IMG/VR virus record: IMGVR_UViG_3300010357_000155
DNA length: 64,000 nucleotides
Source of the DNA: an uncultured virus (IMG/VR IMGVR_UViG_3300010357_000155)
Lineage: Duplodnaviria; Heunggongvirae; Uroviricota; Caudoviricetes
Strand: one strand, 5' to 3'
The notes beneath the pieces are model-generated. The model was not told where the DNA came from, did no database searches, and saw only the letters and a list, made by a program, of their open reading frames with translations. Both the position numbers and the translations under genes were made by a program. Position 1 is the stretch's first letter; each line of letters starts with the position of its first letter. This document shows, one piece after another, positions 19,040 through 27,898 of the stretch.

Positions 19040-19609
19040 TTAAATAATCATTCGTATATAGTCATCATCAACTTGAAGTTGATAAATATCCACATCCATA
19101 GGAACAATAGCCTTTTCCCTATGTTCTTCTTTCCATGTTTTATGATTTTTAATTTCAGATATAGATGATTTCGGAATATTTAACTGTTCTGATAGTTCTT
19201 TACCAGTGAGAGAAGATTGTCTTATGGTGTCGACAACATCCCAGTCAATTTTAGCATTACCAAAACTAGTGGCTGCTCTACCTTTATTAACCATGTCGGT
19301 TAAATTATCTTGATTTGTGCCAAGATCTAAATGGCCGGGATTACAACAAGGTGGGTTATCACACACATGCATGACTAATAAACCATCTGGTATTTCTGTT
19401 CCCATAGAAAGAGTTTTAGCTATTCTATGTGATAAAATATCTTTTCCAGATCTTCCACCTATACTTAAATGTCCATAGCCTTTTGAATTTAAAGCATCTT
19501 TCCATTCCCAACACTCTTCTTCAGATCTAATGTCTACCTTGGACCAGAAACGTTCTTTGTCATTAGCATCCATCTTATCCAGAATAGTGTTAATATTTTT
19601 TTGACTCAT
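19040..19609 (-). CDS. HNH homing endonuclease with C-terminal HTH
   Basis: FWSKVD…CWEW…GYG…HR…VMHVCDNPPCCNPGHL..GTNQDN. Confidence 0.88.
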   Translation of the reverse strand: MSQKNINTILDKMDANDKERFWSKVDIRSEEECWEWKDALNSKGYGHLSIGGRSGKDILSHRIAKTLSMGTEIPDGLLVMHVCDNPPCCNPGHLDLGTNQDNLTDMVNKGRAATSFGNAKIDWDVVDTIRQSSLTGKELSEQLNIPKSSISEIKNHKTWKEEHREKAIVPMDVDIYQLQVDDDYIRMII

Positions 19610-19636
19610 ACATCACCTTTACTAATACAATAACAA

Positions 19637-19666
19637 GTAATATATAAGCAATTAAGAAAAATTCAA
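19637..19666 (-). promoter_or_regulatory. Candidate early promoter
   Basis: TGAA-N12-GCTTATATATTAC; contains TATATTAC, the phiKZ early promoter motif. Confidence 0.6.
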
Positions 19667-19667
19667 A

Positions 19668-19997
19668 TTACTTAGCAGTCTCTTCCTTAGCAGGAACCAA
19701 CTCTAATGATTTTTTAAAGTTATTCAAAGCGCCTAAGGCATCATGCCAAGCACTTGAAGAACCAGAAACAGAAAGTCCAACCATAATTGCAATAGTCAGT
19801 TGATTAAACCCGAACAGTTTGAATTCCGGAGGCTGAACAAAACAAAGAGCGAAGCCACAAGCAAATGTGATCAATTGATACACGTAGCCAGGAACTTCTT
19901 TCTTTTCAAGATACATACGTTTAATTACATCGGTAAGGCGTTCTGCACCAACAGCAATAACACCAACATAACCGAGAAAAGATGTGATTTGATCCAT
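19668..19997 (-). CDS. Holin-like membrane protein
   Basis: Three hydrophobic segments, GLSVSGSSSAWHD motif, charged C-terminal tail. Confidence 0.6.
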   Translation of the reverse strand: MDQITSFLGYVGVIAVGAERLTDVIKRMYLEKKEVPGYVYQLITFACGFALCFVQPPEFKLFGFNQLTIAIMVGLSVSGSSSAWHDALGALNNFKKSLELVPAKEETAK

Positions 19998-20039
19998 TTG
20001 TAATCTCCAATAAATATACCGAAATATTTATTTTTTAAT

Positions 20040-20127
20040 TGGCGGAGGCGGTGAGATTCGAACTCACGGTAGGTTTCCCTACGACGGGTTAGTAATCCGT
20101 TCCATTAAACCGCTTTGGTACGCCTCC
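20040..20127 (-). tRNA. tRNA-Ser with anticodon ACT
   Basis: GGAGGCG/CGCCTCC acceptor stem, G73, CCA, long variable arm GTAGG-GAAA-CCTAC, anticodon loop TT-ACT-AA, T-arm GTGAG-TTCGAAT-CTCAC. Confidence 0.9.
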
Positions 20128-20140
20128 GACATTTCACAAA

Positions 20141-20227
20141 CTATTGCTTAGCTTGTTCGGGTGTTTGTTTCTTTTCCTCATCAGACTTCTTAGGAGGAAC
20201 ACACCCACGATGATCATGCCAACCCAT
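20141..20227 (-). CDS. 28-aa small ORF (MGWHDHRGCVPPKKSDEEKKQTPEQAKQ)
   Basis: AAGGAG RBS overlapping the dnaB stop; fills the gap before tRNA-Ser. Confidence 0.45.
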   Translation of the reverse strand: MGWHDHRGCVPPKKSDEEKKQTPEQAKQ

Positions 20228-20238
20228 TTTGAATCTCC

Positions 20239-21783
20239 TTATGCGAGAACTTCTTCAAGAATATTACCACTATCTGCATCGTCAAAGTCTTTAGGTAGCT
20301 TTCGCATCCCTGTACTTTCACAATGCAAATCTCCAAGGATAGGAATATTTAATCCAGGGAATCTATAAATAACATATTTATCTTCATCTGAAATAACTGT
20401 TGAAAGACGATGTTTACCTCGTCGAACAGCCAGGTATTTTCTTCGTTTATGTGTAAATAGATGTATGTAAAGTTCTAGATCGAGTTCTTGGTCGATAGTC
20501 TTACAACCATCGGTATAACCCTTCTCTGCAATTTCATTAACGAACTGATGTTCAGGAACACCATTCCGAATAAGTTGTTTAGCTTCTGTAGAAAGCTGGT
20601 AAGGTGAAATGAAAGCGATGTTACGTGCTGAACAGAAGTTACGGACGCGACGAACTAAATCACGTTTATCTTGACCAGCAGCACCTTGTAGACAACCAGT
20701 AGTTGGCATCTTCAATAGGTAATCACACATAAGAACATGAACAGCATAACCTTGTGCTTCAAGTTCTAAGATATAGTTAATAAGTGACGAGTATGTCCAT
20801 TGTGATGGATCAACACGACGCATTTTAATCTTGAATCCAGTCGCTGTAAGACGCGCTAGAATGTATGCAGACATCTCTTCAGCAGAGAGTTCACCAAAGT
20901 CCTTAGCGGAGACTGGTGTGCCTTCCATGGCCTTAAGATACTGATACATGAATTGCAGATTGTTCGTTAAGTTATCTTCAAACGAAATACGAACAAGAAG
21001 TGGTTTCTTTCCAGCTTCTGCTTCTTCTTTAGTTACAATCGGAGTATTTTCTGTTGCAAGCTGAATAAAGGCTGATAGAGAAAAACCAGTTTTATATTTA
21101 TGCTGAAGTGCTTCGATACCAACACTTTCTCCACGGCGTACACCGCCTTGAGTCATTGTGTTGACATCTTGCCATCCAAACTTATATACACCTGTATTAT
21201 TATTCAGGCTTTTAACTTCTTCAAAAACAGTTGTAACTGATTCTGGATTATCAAAGTCAATTTCATTCACAACTGCTGGATCTTTCAAAGTCGAGATGAC
21301 ACTCGTCAATGGTTCCAGATTAGAAAGAGTTGTTTTCAGATAATCACTAAAGTTTGTAATCTTTGCACGATTAAACTTTAGATCATAAGTTGCTTTATTG
21401 AGTATTTCAATAGCAACATGCTCTTTATAATAGTTATTAAGTAGCTTGATCATAGATGTGATAATACGTTTATTAGACGAATCATCATGATCAGGCTCAA
21501 TAGAATCTTTAATAATACCTAGAAGTTTAGAATCATTTTCTAAGATAAGAGCAAGACTTTGCGTAATAACTTCTTTAGCAATTTGGTCTTTCTCTTCCAA
21601 CATCTCAAGAGCAAATTCTTTTAAACGTTTAATAGCGTTATGACCGTTGAAATTGAATTCAGGTGCATCGGTCTTGATAGTATTTAAGATGGTACGTGCA
21701 AGGTCATCGTTTTCATTGTTACCAATGATACGAGAGCGGTAGATTAGAGTAACTATCTTTGAAAGAATAACTCGACTATCCAT
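20239..21783 (-). CDS. dnaB: DnaB-like replicative helicase (phiKZ gp118-like)
   Basis: GWQDVNTMTQGGVRRGE…ALQHKYKT, ISFED, DYL, YQLS, RGKHR. Confidence 0.88.
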   Translation of the reverse strand: MDSRVILSKIVTLIYRSRIIGNNENDDLARTILNTIKTDAPEFNFNGHNAIKRLKEFALEMLEEKDQIAKEVITQSLALILENDSKLLGIIKDSIEPDHDDSSNKRIITSMIKLLNNYYKEHVAIEILNKATYDLKFNRAKITNFSDYLKTTLSNLEPLTSVISTLKDPAVVNEIDFDNPESVTTVFEEVKSLNNNTGVYKFGWQDVNTMTQGGVRRGESVGIEALQHKYKTGFSLSAFIQLATENTPIVTKEEAEAGKKPLLVRISFEDNLTNNLQFMYQYLKAMEGTPVSAKDFGELSAEEMSAYILARLTATGFKIKMRRVDPSQWTYSSLINYILELEAQGYAVHVLMCDYLLKMPTTGCLQGAAGQDKRDLVRRVRNFCSARNIAFISPYQLSTEAKQLIRNGVPEHQFVNEIAEKGYTDGCKTIDQELDLELYIHLFTHKRRKYLAVRRGKHRLSTVISDEDKYVIYRFPGLNIPILGDLHCESTGMRKLPKDFDDADSGNILEEVLA

Positions 21784-21847
21784 GTTCTTCTCTTTATGGT
21801 AAATTTCACATTATGCGATGCTTATTAAAAAAGAAAAAAAAAATAAC

Positions 21848-21876
21848 TAGAAGAACTGTCTTTGACAGTTCTTCTA
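21848..21876 (-). terminator. Terminator hairpin
   Basis: TAGAAGAACTGTC-ttt-GACAGTTCTTCTA with long T run on minus strand. Confidence 0.75.
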
Positions 21877-21964
21877 TATCTTACAGTCAACTGGTTTAAC
21901 CTAATAACACATTTATCACAATTTAGGTTCATGGTACTCTCTTTAAAAATCAACCTGTTAAATG

Positions 21965-22555
21965 TTAATTATTACAATTACCTAATTTTTTATATTCTTT
22001 AGGTTTCAATATAGGAGTTGATAAAGCTTTTTCTATAGACCATTTTAAATTTTTAACTCTATCTCTTAATATATCATAATTAATATTTACTATCTTAGAC
22101 CATTCTGATAGTGTATGTGTTTTATTATTAAACTCATAATACTTTCCAACAGGTTTAACTATTTCTTCATCTGAAAGACCTTTTGATAATCTATATTGTA
22201 AGGTACCTTGTTTAATACCGGTTAATTCAGAAAGTTCCACTAAAGAAACTCTTTTATTTTTATAAACTACATATGTATTTGTGGATCTGTTTCTACACTG
22301 TTCTTTACGGGTAGCCCAGACACAGTTTTCTTTACAATAACCTTTATCATTTTCCTTTCGTTCTATTGAGTATTCTGAACTAGGTCTAGGACCCATATCG
22401 TTATAAAATGACCAAAAACTATAAAACCATTCTTGAGATATTTTAATACCTCTACCTCCATATCTATCAAAGTTTTTAACATTGCTATTATAACATCTTC
22501 TTTTCATAGCTAACCAAATTTGATACTCTGGTATTAATAAAAGTTTACTAGCCAT
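21965..22555 (-). CDS. HNH-related endonuclease (YGGRGI family) with C-terminal DNA-binding repeats
   Basis: WLAMKRRC…YGGRGI…SIERKENDKGYCKENCVWAT…Q.RN; GAGGT RBS places the start at 22555. Confidence 0.8.
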   Translation of the reverse strand: MASKLLLIPEYQIWLAMKRRCYNSNVKNFDRYGGRGIKISQEWFYSFWSFYNDMGPRPSSEYSIERKENDKGYCKENCVWATRKEQCRNRSTNTYVVYKNKRVSLVELSELTGIKQGTLQYRLSKGLSDEEIVKPVGKYYEFNNKTHTLSEWSKIVNINYDILRDRVKNLKWSIEKALSTPILKPKEYKKLGNCNN

Positions 22556-22703
22556 CACTACCTCTCTTTCTATTAAGTTGAAAAATAAATGGATATACTT
22601 TTTTGTCCACGAGAAAGCGAGCTTCAGTATCGGACAACGTTGCGCCGGCTTTTGCCAGATCACGAGAAAGCCGTTGAACAGATGAAGTCATTTCAGTTGT
22701 CAT
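22548..22703 (-). pseudogene. Truncated 5' stub resembling phage IS110/IS116-like recombinase N-termini
   Basis: AGGAG RBS then MTTEMTSSVQRLSRDLAKAGATLSDTEARFLVD; GC-rich to 22605, then an abrupt switch to AT-rich sequence; family resemblance is from memory. Confidence 0.5.
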
Positions 22704-22764
22704 GTTACTATCTCCTATAATCCAAACTGTCGGAACTATTGTGTTCGAACCAATTTGGTACAGA

Positions 22765-22793
22765 TATTATATATGCTACCAAAATAAAATCAA
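22765..22793 (-). promoter_or_regulatory. Candidate early promoter
   Basis: TGAT-N12-GCATATATAATA. Confidence 0.55.
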
Positions 22794-22814
22794 ATACAAA
22801 AGAAAAAACCACCC

Positions 22815-23198
22815 CTAAAAGGAGTGGTTTGTTTCCCATAGATCAGTTTTAATTGATGTCAGTTTTCCATATTTTTTAATATGGAGATTATATATCTTAA
22901 AAAGAAGATTCAAAATAAATTTTGAAAATCCTTGTCTATTTTGTCTTGTGTCAAACATAAGGTTATTCATCTCAATTTCAAATTCAGGATAACCTATTAA
23001 CAAGTGTAATTTACGAGCGACATGAGGATGAACCATTTCTACTTCAAATAAAAGTTCATCAAATGACTCTACGTTAGTTTTTAATTCAATATGTTCTAGA
23101 ACATTATATTGATCATCGATATGATCTATTAGTACTGGCCATTTTAAAGGTTCTTTATTTGTGTCATGTGAATGTGTCATAGTTTCCATATGCGACAA
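22815..23198 (-). CDS. Hypothetical protein with HPHVA…D.R..RQGF helical domain
   Basis: HPHVARKLHLLIGYPEF…LMFDTRQNRQGF motif. Confidence 0.65.
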   Translation of the reverse strand: MSHMETMTHSHDTNKEPLKWPVLIDHIDDQYNVLEHIELKTNVESFDELLFEVEMVHPHVARKLHLLIGYPEFEIEMNNLMFDTRQNRQGFSKFILNLLFKIYNLHIKKYGKLTSIKTDLWETNHSF

Positions 23199-23221
23199 AT
23201 TATGATATCAATATATTTAAG

Positions 23222-23671
23222 TTATATTTTTTTAACATTATCATCTACATATTGTCGAAGCTCACCATTGCTGGAAACTTTATCGCAACCATCAATGGTA
23301 AGTCTATTTTTTATGATTTTGAATGCCATGGCGTTTGCTTTATGTTCCAAAGCTTTCTCCAGCGCAGTACCGAGAATACGGGCAAAGTTACGGTCCGTGT
23401 AGTCATCAACATACTTCTGAAACTTTTCTTCCAGAAGTTTTTTATCAATAATTTCTTTAACAAAGTTATAACCGGCGGCTAGATCTGGGTCAGTTGGATA
23501 AGCACGTTTGAGATAGTCATAACGACTTTGTTCAGCCGGATTAATAAACAGAAAGCTAATACGGTTGTTGATGGTATCACGCATTGTTTTTTCCAATGCA
23601 TCATCAACCATTTTCTGGTAACGAGGTGTATCGATTTCCAAAGGAAGTGGTACAATTTGTTTCTTGTTCAC
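23222..23671 (-). CDS. Hypothetical protein
   Basis: GTG start with AAGGA RBS; 149 aa. Confidence 0.65.
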   Translation of the reverse strand: MNKKQIVPLPLEIDTPRYQKMVDDALEKTMRDTINNRISFLFINPAEQSRYDYLKRAYPTDPDLAAGYNFVKEIIDKKLLEEKFQKYVDDYTDRNFARILGTALEKALEHKANAMAFKIIKNRLTIDGCDKVSSNGELRQYVDDNVKKI

Positions 23672-23700
23672 GATGTTTCCTTTCCCTTAAAGGGACTAAT

Positions 23701-23973
23701 TTAAAAGATGGAATGCGGGTTTGCTTTAACTGTTAACCCATCACGAAGAATAATTTTTACCTTTTCTAGATAAACCATAACACCACTGAACTCTTCTTCT
23801 GAGCGCCAGTCAACACCAATAAGTTTTAACTGATAACCTATCTGTAAACCATTCAGGTTATGCATATGTGTAAACGTTTTTGGAAAGATATTTTTAATAG
23901 CTTGTTCATTTTTCTTCAACCATTCTGGATTACGTATTGTCGTATCCAGTGGAATGTGACCGTCTATTGACAT
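23701..23973 (-). CDS. Hypothetical early protein
   Basis: GGAG RBS; promoter motif upstream. Confidence 0.65.
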   Translation of the reverse strand: MSIDGHIPLDTTIRNPEWLKKNEQAIKNIFPKTFTHMHNLNGLQIGYQLKLIGVDWRSEEEFSGVMVYLEKVKIILRDGLTVKANPHSIF

Positions 23974-24006
23974 TTGTTTCTCCGATAAATATACTTATAT
24001 CACAGT

Positions 24007-24035
24007 TATTATATATGTTATTAAATATAATTCAG
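24007..24035 (-). promoter_or_regulatory. Candidate early promoter
   Basis: TGAA-N12-ACATATATAATA. Confidence 0.6.
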
Positions 24036-24037
24036 AA

Positions 24038-24070
24038 TAGGATACTACGGGAATGACCCGTAGTATCCTA
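24038..24070 (-). terminator. Terminator hairpin
   Basis: TAGGATACTACGGG-aatga-CCCGTAGTATCCTA. Confidence 0.75.
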
Positions 24071-24431
24071 GAATAATTCAACCTGACTTGTTATGTCATT
24101 TCTTCCATCTCTTATAAGTATTTCAAATTCTTCTTTTGATAAAAGTCTATAGCCACGTGGTAACTTAGTTTTAATTATTTTATCAATATCTTCCACAAAC
24201 ACACCAAATATTTCATCTGTTTGTATTAACACTATACTTTTATTATCAACATCATCTTTTTTCATCAAGTTTAAATACTGGAATTAATTGTGTTAAACAT
24301 CTAACGAAATGAACAGATTTTTTGTTTTCATTTTCATTATACGTTAGTTCTGTTTTGTCTATAAGTTTATAGCTATCTACAAATTTAATAGCTATTTTAT
24401 TTTCTTTAATTGTAAAACATAAATAATACAT
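24068..24431 (-). pseudogene. Hypothetical gene split by one extra A in an A6 run
   Basis: MYYLCFTIKEN…FKLDEK joins DDVDNKSIVLIQ… if one A at 24257-24262 is removed (363 nt, 120 aa); AAGGA RBS. Confidence 0.55.
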
Positions 24432-24478
24432 AAAAATATCCTTGCTTTATAGCCAGTTTATTTAAAAAACAAACATTC

Positions 24479-24506
24479 ATCTGAGGAGCAGTTACGCTCC
24501 TCAGAT
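24479..24506 (-). terminator. Terminator hairpin
   Basis: ATCTGAGGAGC-agttac-GCTCCTCAGAT. Confidence 0.65.
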
Positions 24507-25091
24507 AAAGTCGGCTTTTATTTTTTCAAAGATATCGATACGATTAAAATGTTCTACAGTTATAGCACTACTTAAAGTAGCTTTAAACCCACTAAGATCA
24601 TCCCTGTGAAAGAGAATGTTAGGTGAGGTAGGTCTACCTATCACTGCATAATAAATTTGCTTTGTAGCCTTCTTAACTACAATGTAAATGTCATCTGTTA
24701 ATAATAAAGAAGGATCGATATCGTCTAGGTCGATATAAGTAAATACGTTACCATGTTCATATTTAAATTCAATAGGAATATCTTTAGAAACTTTATTTAG
24801 TTCTATAAATTCTTGTAGTCTTGCTGGTGAAATATAAGAACTATAACCAAAACCTAAGTCATTTGTTCTGATAAGGTGTAGATCACTTTTAGGAAGATAC
24901 TTTACATCTTCGAAATATGCTTTGCTTATTTTATCTATCAAAGATGGTAGAGTGTAAGTATCTATTAATTTACCAACTTTATATGGATCGTTTGTTAACA
25001 TTCTAGAGAAAACATTTGTGAAATGTTTATCATTCTCTAAATCTTCTTTTGTAAACATAGGAAACACGTTCCTTTTTATTATACCATACAA
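24501..25091 (-). CDS. Hypothetical protein
   Basis: ORF of about 190 aa; exact start uncertain. Confidence 0.6.
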   Translation of the reverse strand: MYGIIKRNVFPMFTKEDLENDKHFTNVFSRMLTNDPYKVGKLIDTYTLPSLIDKISKAYFEDVKYLPKSDLHLIRTNDLGFGYSSYISPARLQEFIELNKVSKDIPIEFKYEHGNVFTYIDLDDIDPSLLLTDDIYIVVKKATKQIYYAVIGRPTSPNILFHRDDLSGFKATLSSAITVEHFNRIDIFEKIKADFI

Positions 25092-25120
25092 TAACTTTTA
25101 TAGTGAAAAATAACACACAC

Positions 25121-25743
25121 TTAACCTATGAATGGAGGCTTTTTATTCTTTGTTCCGATTCGCTCTACTTGGTAATGTAATTTAGCTTGCCAAGCATGGA
25201 TCGCAAAGTTATGAGTGTCAACCGGATTAGTGGCATCTCTAAAGATTCTCATTTTGATAACGCTATCAGGTTCTATTTGGTTTGAATATATTGCATCTAT
25301 ATCAGGAACCTCTGTTATCATGTGTTTTCCTTTAGAATTTAAAGGAACTGTGTGATTCACATAAATAACTTTAGAAGGTAATGCAAAAACACCTTGACCA
25401 TGTCCCTTTGCAATCATGTACTCAATACCCAACGAACTACACCCGTTGTATCATTTAAAGGCATCCAATGAATATGAGGATAGACTTTTGTATTTAAAGC
25501 GATGTCATGGTTAATACAGAAATTAAGCCAGACTTGGTTCATTGCTGTTCCGCTGAATGTGAGTCCTTGAAATCCTGTAAGATATTCATTCCAAGAAGGA
25601 TTACCGCTACCACCTAAAGCTTTAACAGTAAACTCAGCTCTCTCATCAGCCCAGACATAGTCACCACCAGAAATCAATTTAGTATCTTGACCATCTAAAA
25701 TTGGTGCAATATCTGATCTAGAATTAACTTTATTAACTTTCAT
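25121..25743 (-). pseudogene. Frameshifted gene (PHIHW…RWGIEY..AKGHGQ protein, possibly virion-associated)
   Basis: ORFs 25414-25743 and 25121-25432 fuse into 207 aa if one G is added in TTGGGTATT near 25428-25430. Confidence 0.65.
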
Positions 25744-25802
25744 TACGTTCTCCTAATTATACAATCAGTAGATTTGATAACGTTATTAACAAAAAAAGAA
25801 AA

Positions 25803-25830
25803 AGAACAGCCTGGGTTTCCAGGCTGTTCT
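25803..25830 (-). terminator. Terminator after SF2 helicase
   Basis: AGAACAGCCTGG-gttt-CCAGGCTGTTCT. Confidence 0.75.
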
Positions 25831-25832
25831 TG

Positions 25833-27350
25833 TTACATACTTGCTGACGATTGTCTTAAAGCAATATTAGCAACACGTGGTTTAAACAGTTCCATTCTTT
25901 TCAGATGGTACTCCTTTTGCTTACCTATGTTACCTGCATAAATATAACAGTACTTTACATCTCTATCTTTCAATTTTCTTAAACGTCCAAGAATCTGAAT
26001 GTTTGTAGGAGCTGAAGAGATGGATACTGTATTGATAGCGACACGAAGTCTAGGTATATCTAAAGCTGTACCTGCTGAAATAGGCGTTGAAACAATGATA
26101 TCACCACCAAGCATTTCTTCATATGAATCTTCTTCACAGTAACGCTTAACCTTAAACTCAGGATAGAAACTTCTCAATGCATCAGATAATCGAGTAGCCA
26201 TGCTAACGGTTGACACAAAGATGATTACCTTGTCTTGTTCTTTATAATCTTCAATATAGTAATCTTCAATGTTAGCTTTAATGAGTCTAATATATTTTTG
26301 CAATATATCTTGTCTCTTTATGATACTTTGTTCAAAAGCTGTATGTGAGTAATTATTAGACCCGTAGTTCTTGGTCTTAATAAACTTCATATAAAAATCT
26401 GGCATGGAATAAGAGATTGCATAAACATCTGTGTAGCGATCTAGTTCTCCGCCTTTATAAATATACTTATCCGGATAAACAACTTTATGCATTCTTTCGA
26501 TTAAGTTGTCATCAGACATCAGCGTAGCAGAAAGTCCTATTTGGAACTTAACATTAGTATAGATAAGAATCTTAAAGATGGCATGGTAATGCATGTGAGT
26601 TTCATCAACCAACATGATACCTATACCCAACAATGGGAATAAGTCAAGTGGTGCGCAACCATACATATCAACACAGAGTTCTGGATTCTCTTCGTATTGA
26701 TTAATATACTCTTGCATTGTTCTGCTTGAGAAGATGAAATAATTATTATCTAAGCTATCTGTTTTAGCAAGTTCAATAACGGCACGCAAAGCTTTACCAC
26801 CTTGAATAACCATGACATCTGTGGTAGATGCTTCATGCACCGTACAAATGTCAAGAACCCACTTCTCAATAAAGCTAGGAAGAATAACGATACCAAGTCT
26901 TTGATTTAGTCTACCGATCGTAAATAACGCGGTTGATGTTTTACCCTTACCTGTTTGGATAGGAACAAGTTTACTTTTAACTGGTTCATCAAGAAGAAAA
27001 TCAATAATAGGAACTTGATAATCGTAAGGAGTCCAGTTATCTCTAACTTTAAAATCACCCGGAAGAATATCGTATTGTCTTTTATCGATCTTCTCATCAG
27101 GTATAAGTTTATACCCAAGCTGTTCAAGATACTGATAAAGATGTATAAATTGGTTTGTATGAAATAAATGAATAGGTTTGTCTTTCAAACTACCGGCGAA
27201 TACTTTATCACCGCTAACTTGATTTTGACTAAAACCTTTTTGTTGTTTTTGTGTATAAAACTTATTTACAAATGATCGTATATGTGCGAGTAAAATGTAA
27301 TCGTCAGTCTCTAGTTGAACACTGAGATTATAAAATGTTAGTTTGAGCAT
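25833..27350 (-). CDS. SF2 DExH helicase (phiKZ gp75-like)
   Basis: Q-motif PYDYQ, QTGKGKT, DETH, SAT, QILGRLR; lies downstream of the nvRNAP block. Confidence 0.88.
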   Translation of the reverse strand: MLKLTFYNLSVQLETDDYILLAHIRSFVNKFYTQKQQKGFSQNQVSGDKVFAGSLKDKPIHLFHTNQFIHLYQYLEQLGYKLIPDEKIDKRQYDILPGDFKVRDNWTPYDYQVPIIDFLLDEPVKSKLVPIQTGKGKTSTALFTIGRLNQRLGIVILPSFIEKWVLDICTVHEASTTDVMVIQGGKALRAVIELAKTDSLDNNYFIFSSRTMQEYINQYEENPELCVDMYGCAPLDLFPLLGIGIMLVDETHMHYHAIFKILIYTNVKFQIGLSATLMSDDNLIERMHKVVYPDKYIYKGGELDRYTDVYAISYSMPDFYMKFIKTKNYGSNNYSHTAFEQSIIKRQDILQKYIRLIKANIEDYYIEDYKEQDKVIIFVSTVSMATRLSDALRSFYPEFKVKRYCEEDSYEEMLGGDIIVSTPISAGTALDIPRLRVAINTVSISSAPTNIQILGRLRKLKDRDVKYCYIYAGNIGKQKEYHLKRMELFKPRVANIALRQSSASM

Positions 27351-27426
27351 GGTGTCAAATCCAATTTAATATCAGCTTATTTCTATTTAAATAATAAAAC
27401 ATTGGATCTCCTTGGATCTTATCGGA

Positions 27427-27454
27427 TACTATATATGTAGTTGAATTAACTCTC
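27427..27454 (-). promoter_or_regulatory. Candidate early promoter
   Basis: ACATATATAGTA core with a degenerate upstream element. Confidence 0.5.
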
Positions 27455-27500
27455 GATGAAAAAAAAAAAGAACAGTTCATAACTCTGTTCTTTTTGCTGC

Positions 27501-27800
27501 TTACAGGTTTGGAGCTGGAATGAAATTAATTCCAAGATCCCATTCGAACCCCGTAGTAAACATAACATCCAGACCATTCTCACGAATGTCTTGTGTTCTG
27601 TATTTAGTACGAGCAGCTTCGAGTTCTTCTATTGTGTCGAAGAACGCGGCCTGGTAAGGAACCAGACATTCCCGGCGAGGAGTAGCCATAGTCTTCACAA
27701 GAAGAAATGGTTTATCTTGCTCCGCAAACTTCTCGAACAAATCAGCATAATGCTGGAATTGACGAGCGCGACCACCGTGCACCTGAGAAAGAATGTTCAT
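27501..27800 (-). CDS. Hypothetical early protein, paralog of 27899-28432
   Basis: AAGGAG RBS; YADLF…FLLVKT…P…FD motif. Confidence 0.7.
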   Translation of the reverse strand: MNILSQVHGGRARQFQHYADLFEKFAEQDKPFLLVKTMATPRRECLVPYQAAFFDTIEELEAARTKYRTQDIRENGLDVMFTTGFEWDLGINFIPAPNL

Positions 27801-27828
27801 AATGAATCTCCTTGAATGATTAGGTTAC

Positions 27829-27858
27829 TTTATATATATGTAATTGAAATAAATTCAA
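27829..27858 (-). promoter_or_regulatory. Candidate early promoter
   Basis: TGAA-N12-ACATATATATAA. Confidence 0.6.
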
Positions 27859-27898
27859 ATGAAAAAAAGAACAGCATAAGCTATTCTTTTTATTTTAG

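Noticed and set aside
20040..20127. Reading the tRNA as an amber (CTA) suppressor, or a recoded genome
   Set aside because: CTA would need A33 and a shifted stem, whereas the U33 register gives ACT; long core genes are intact in code 11 and TAG and TGA both serve as stops
21825..21932. Small ORF MNLNCDKC… downstream of the HNH gene
   Set aside because: Runs through the terminator and poly-T; weak RBS; probably spurious or a remnant
21800..22605. Group I intron carrying the HNH gene
   Set aside because: No downstream exon or intron core visible; a terminator follows the HNH gene
22556..22663. N-terminal extension of the HNH ORF (MIWQKP…)
   Set aside because: An off-frame reading of the upstream stub; the RBS supports a start at 22555
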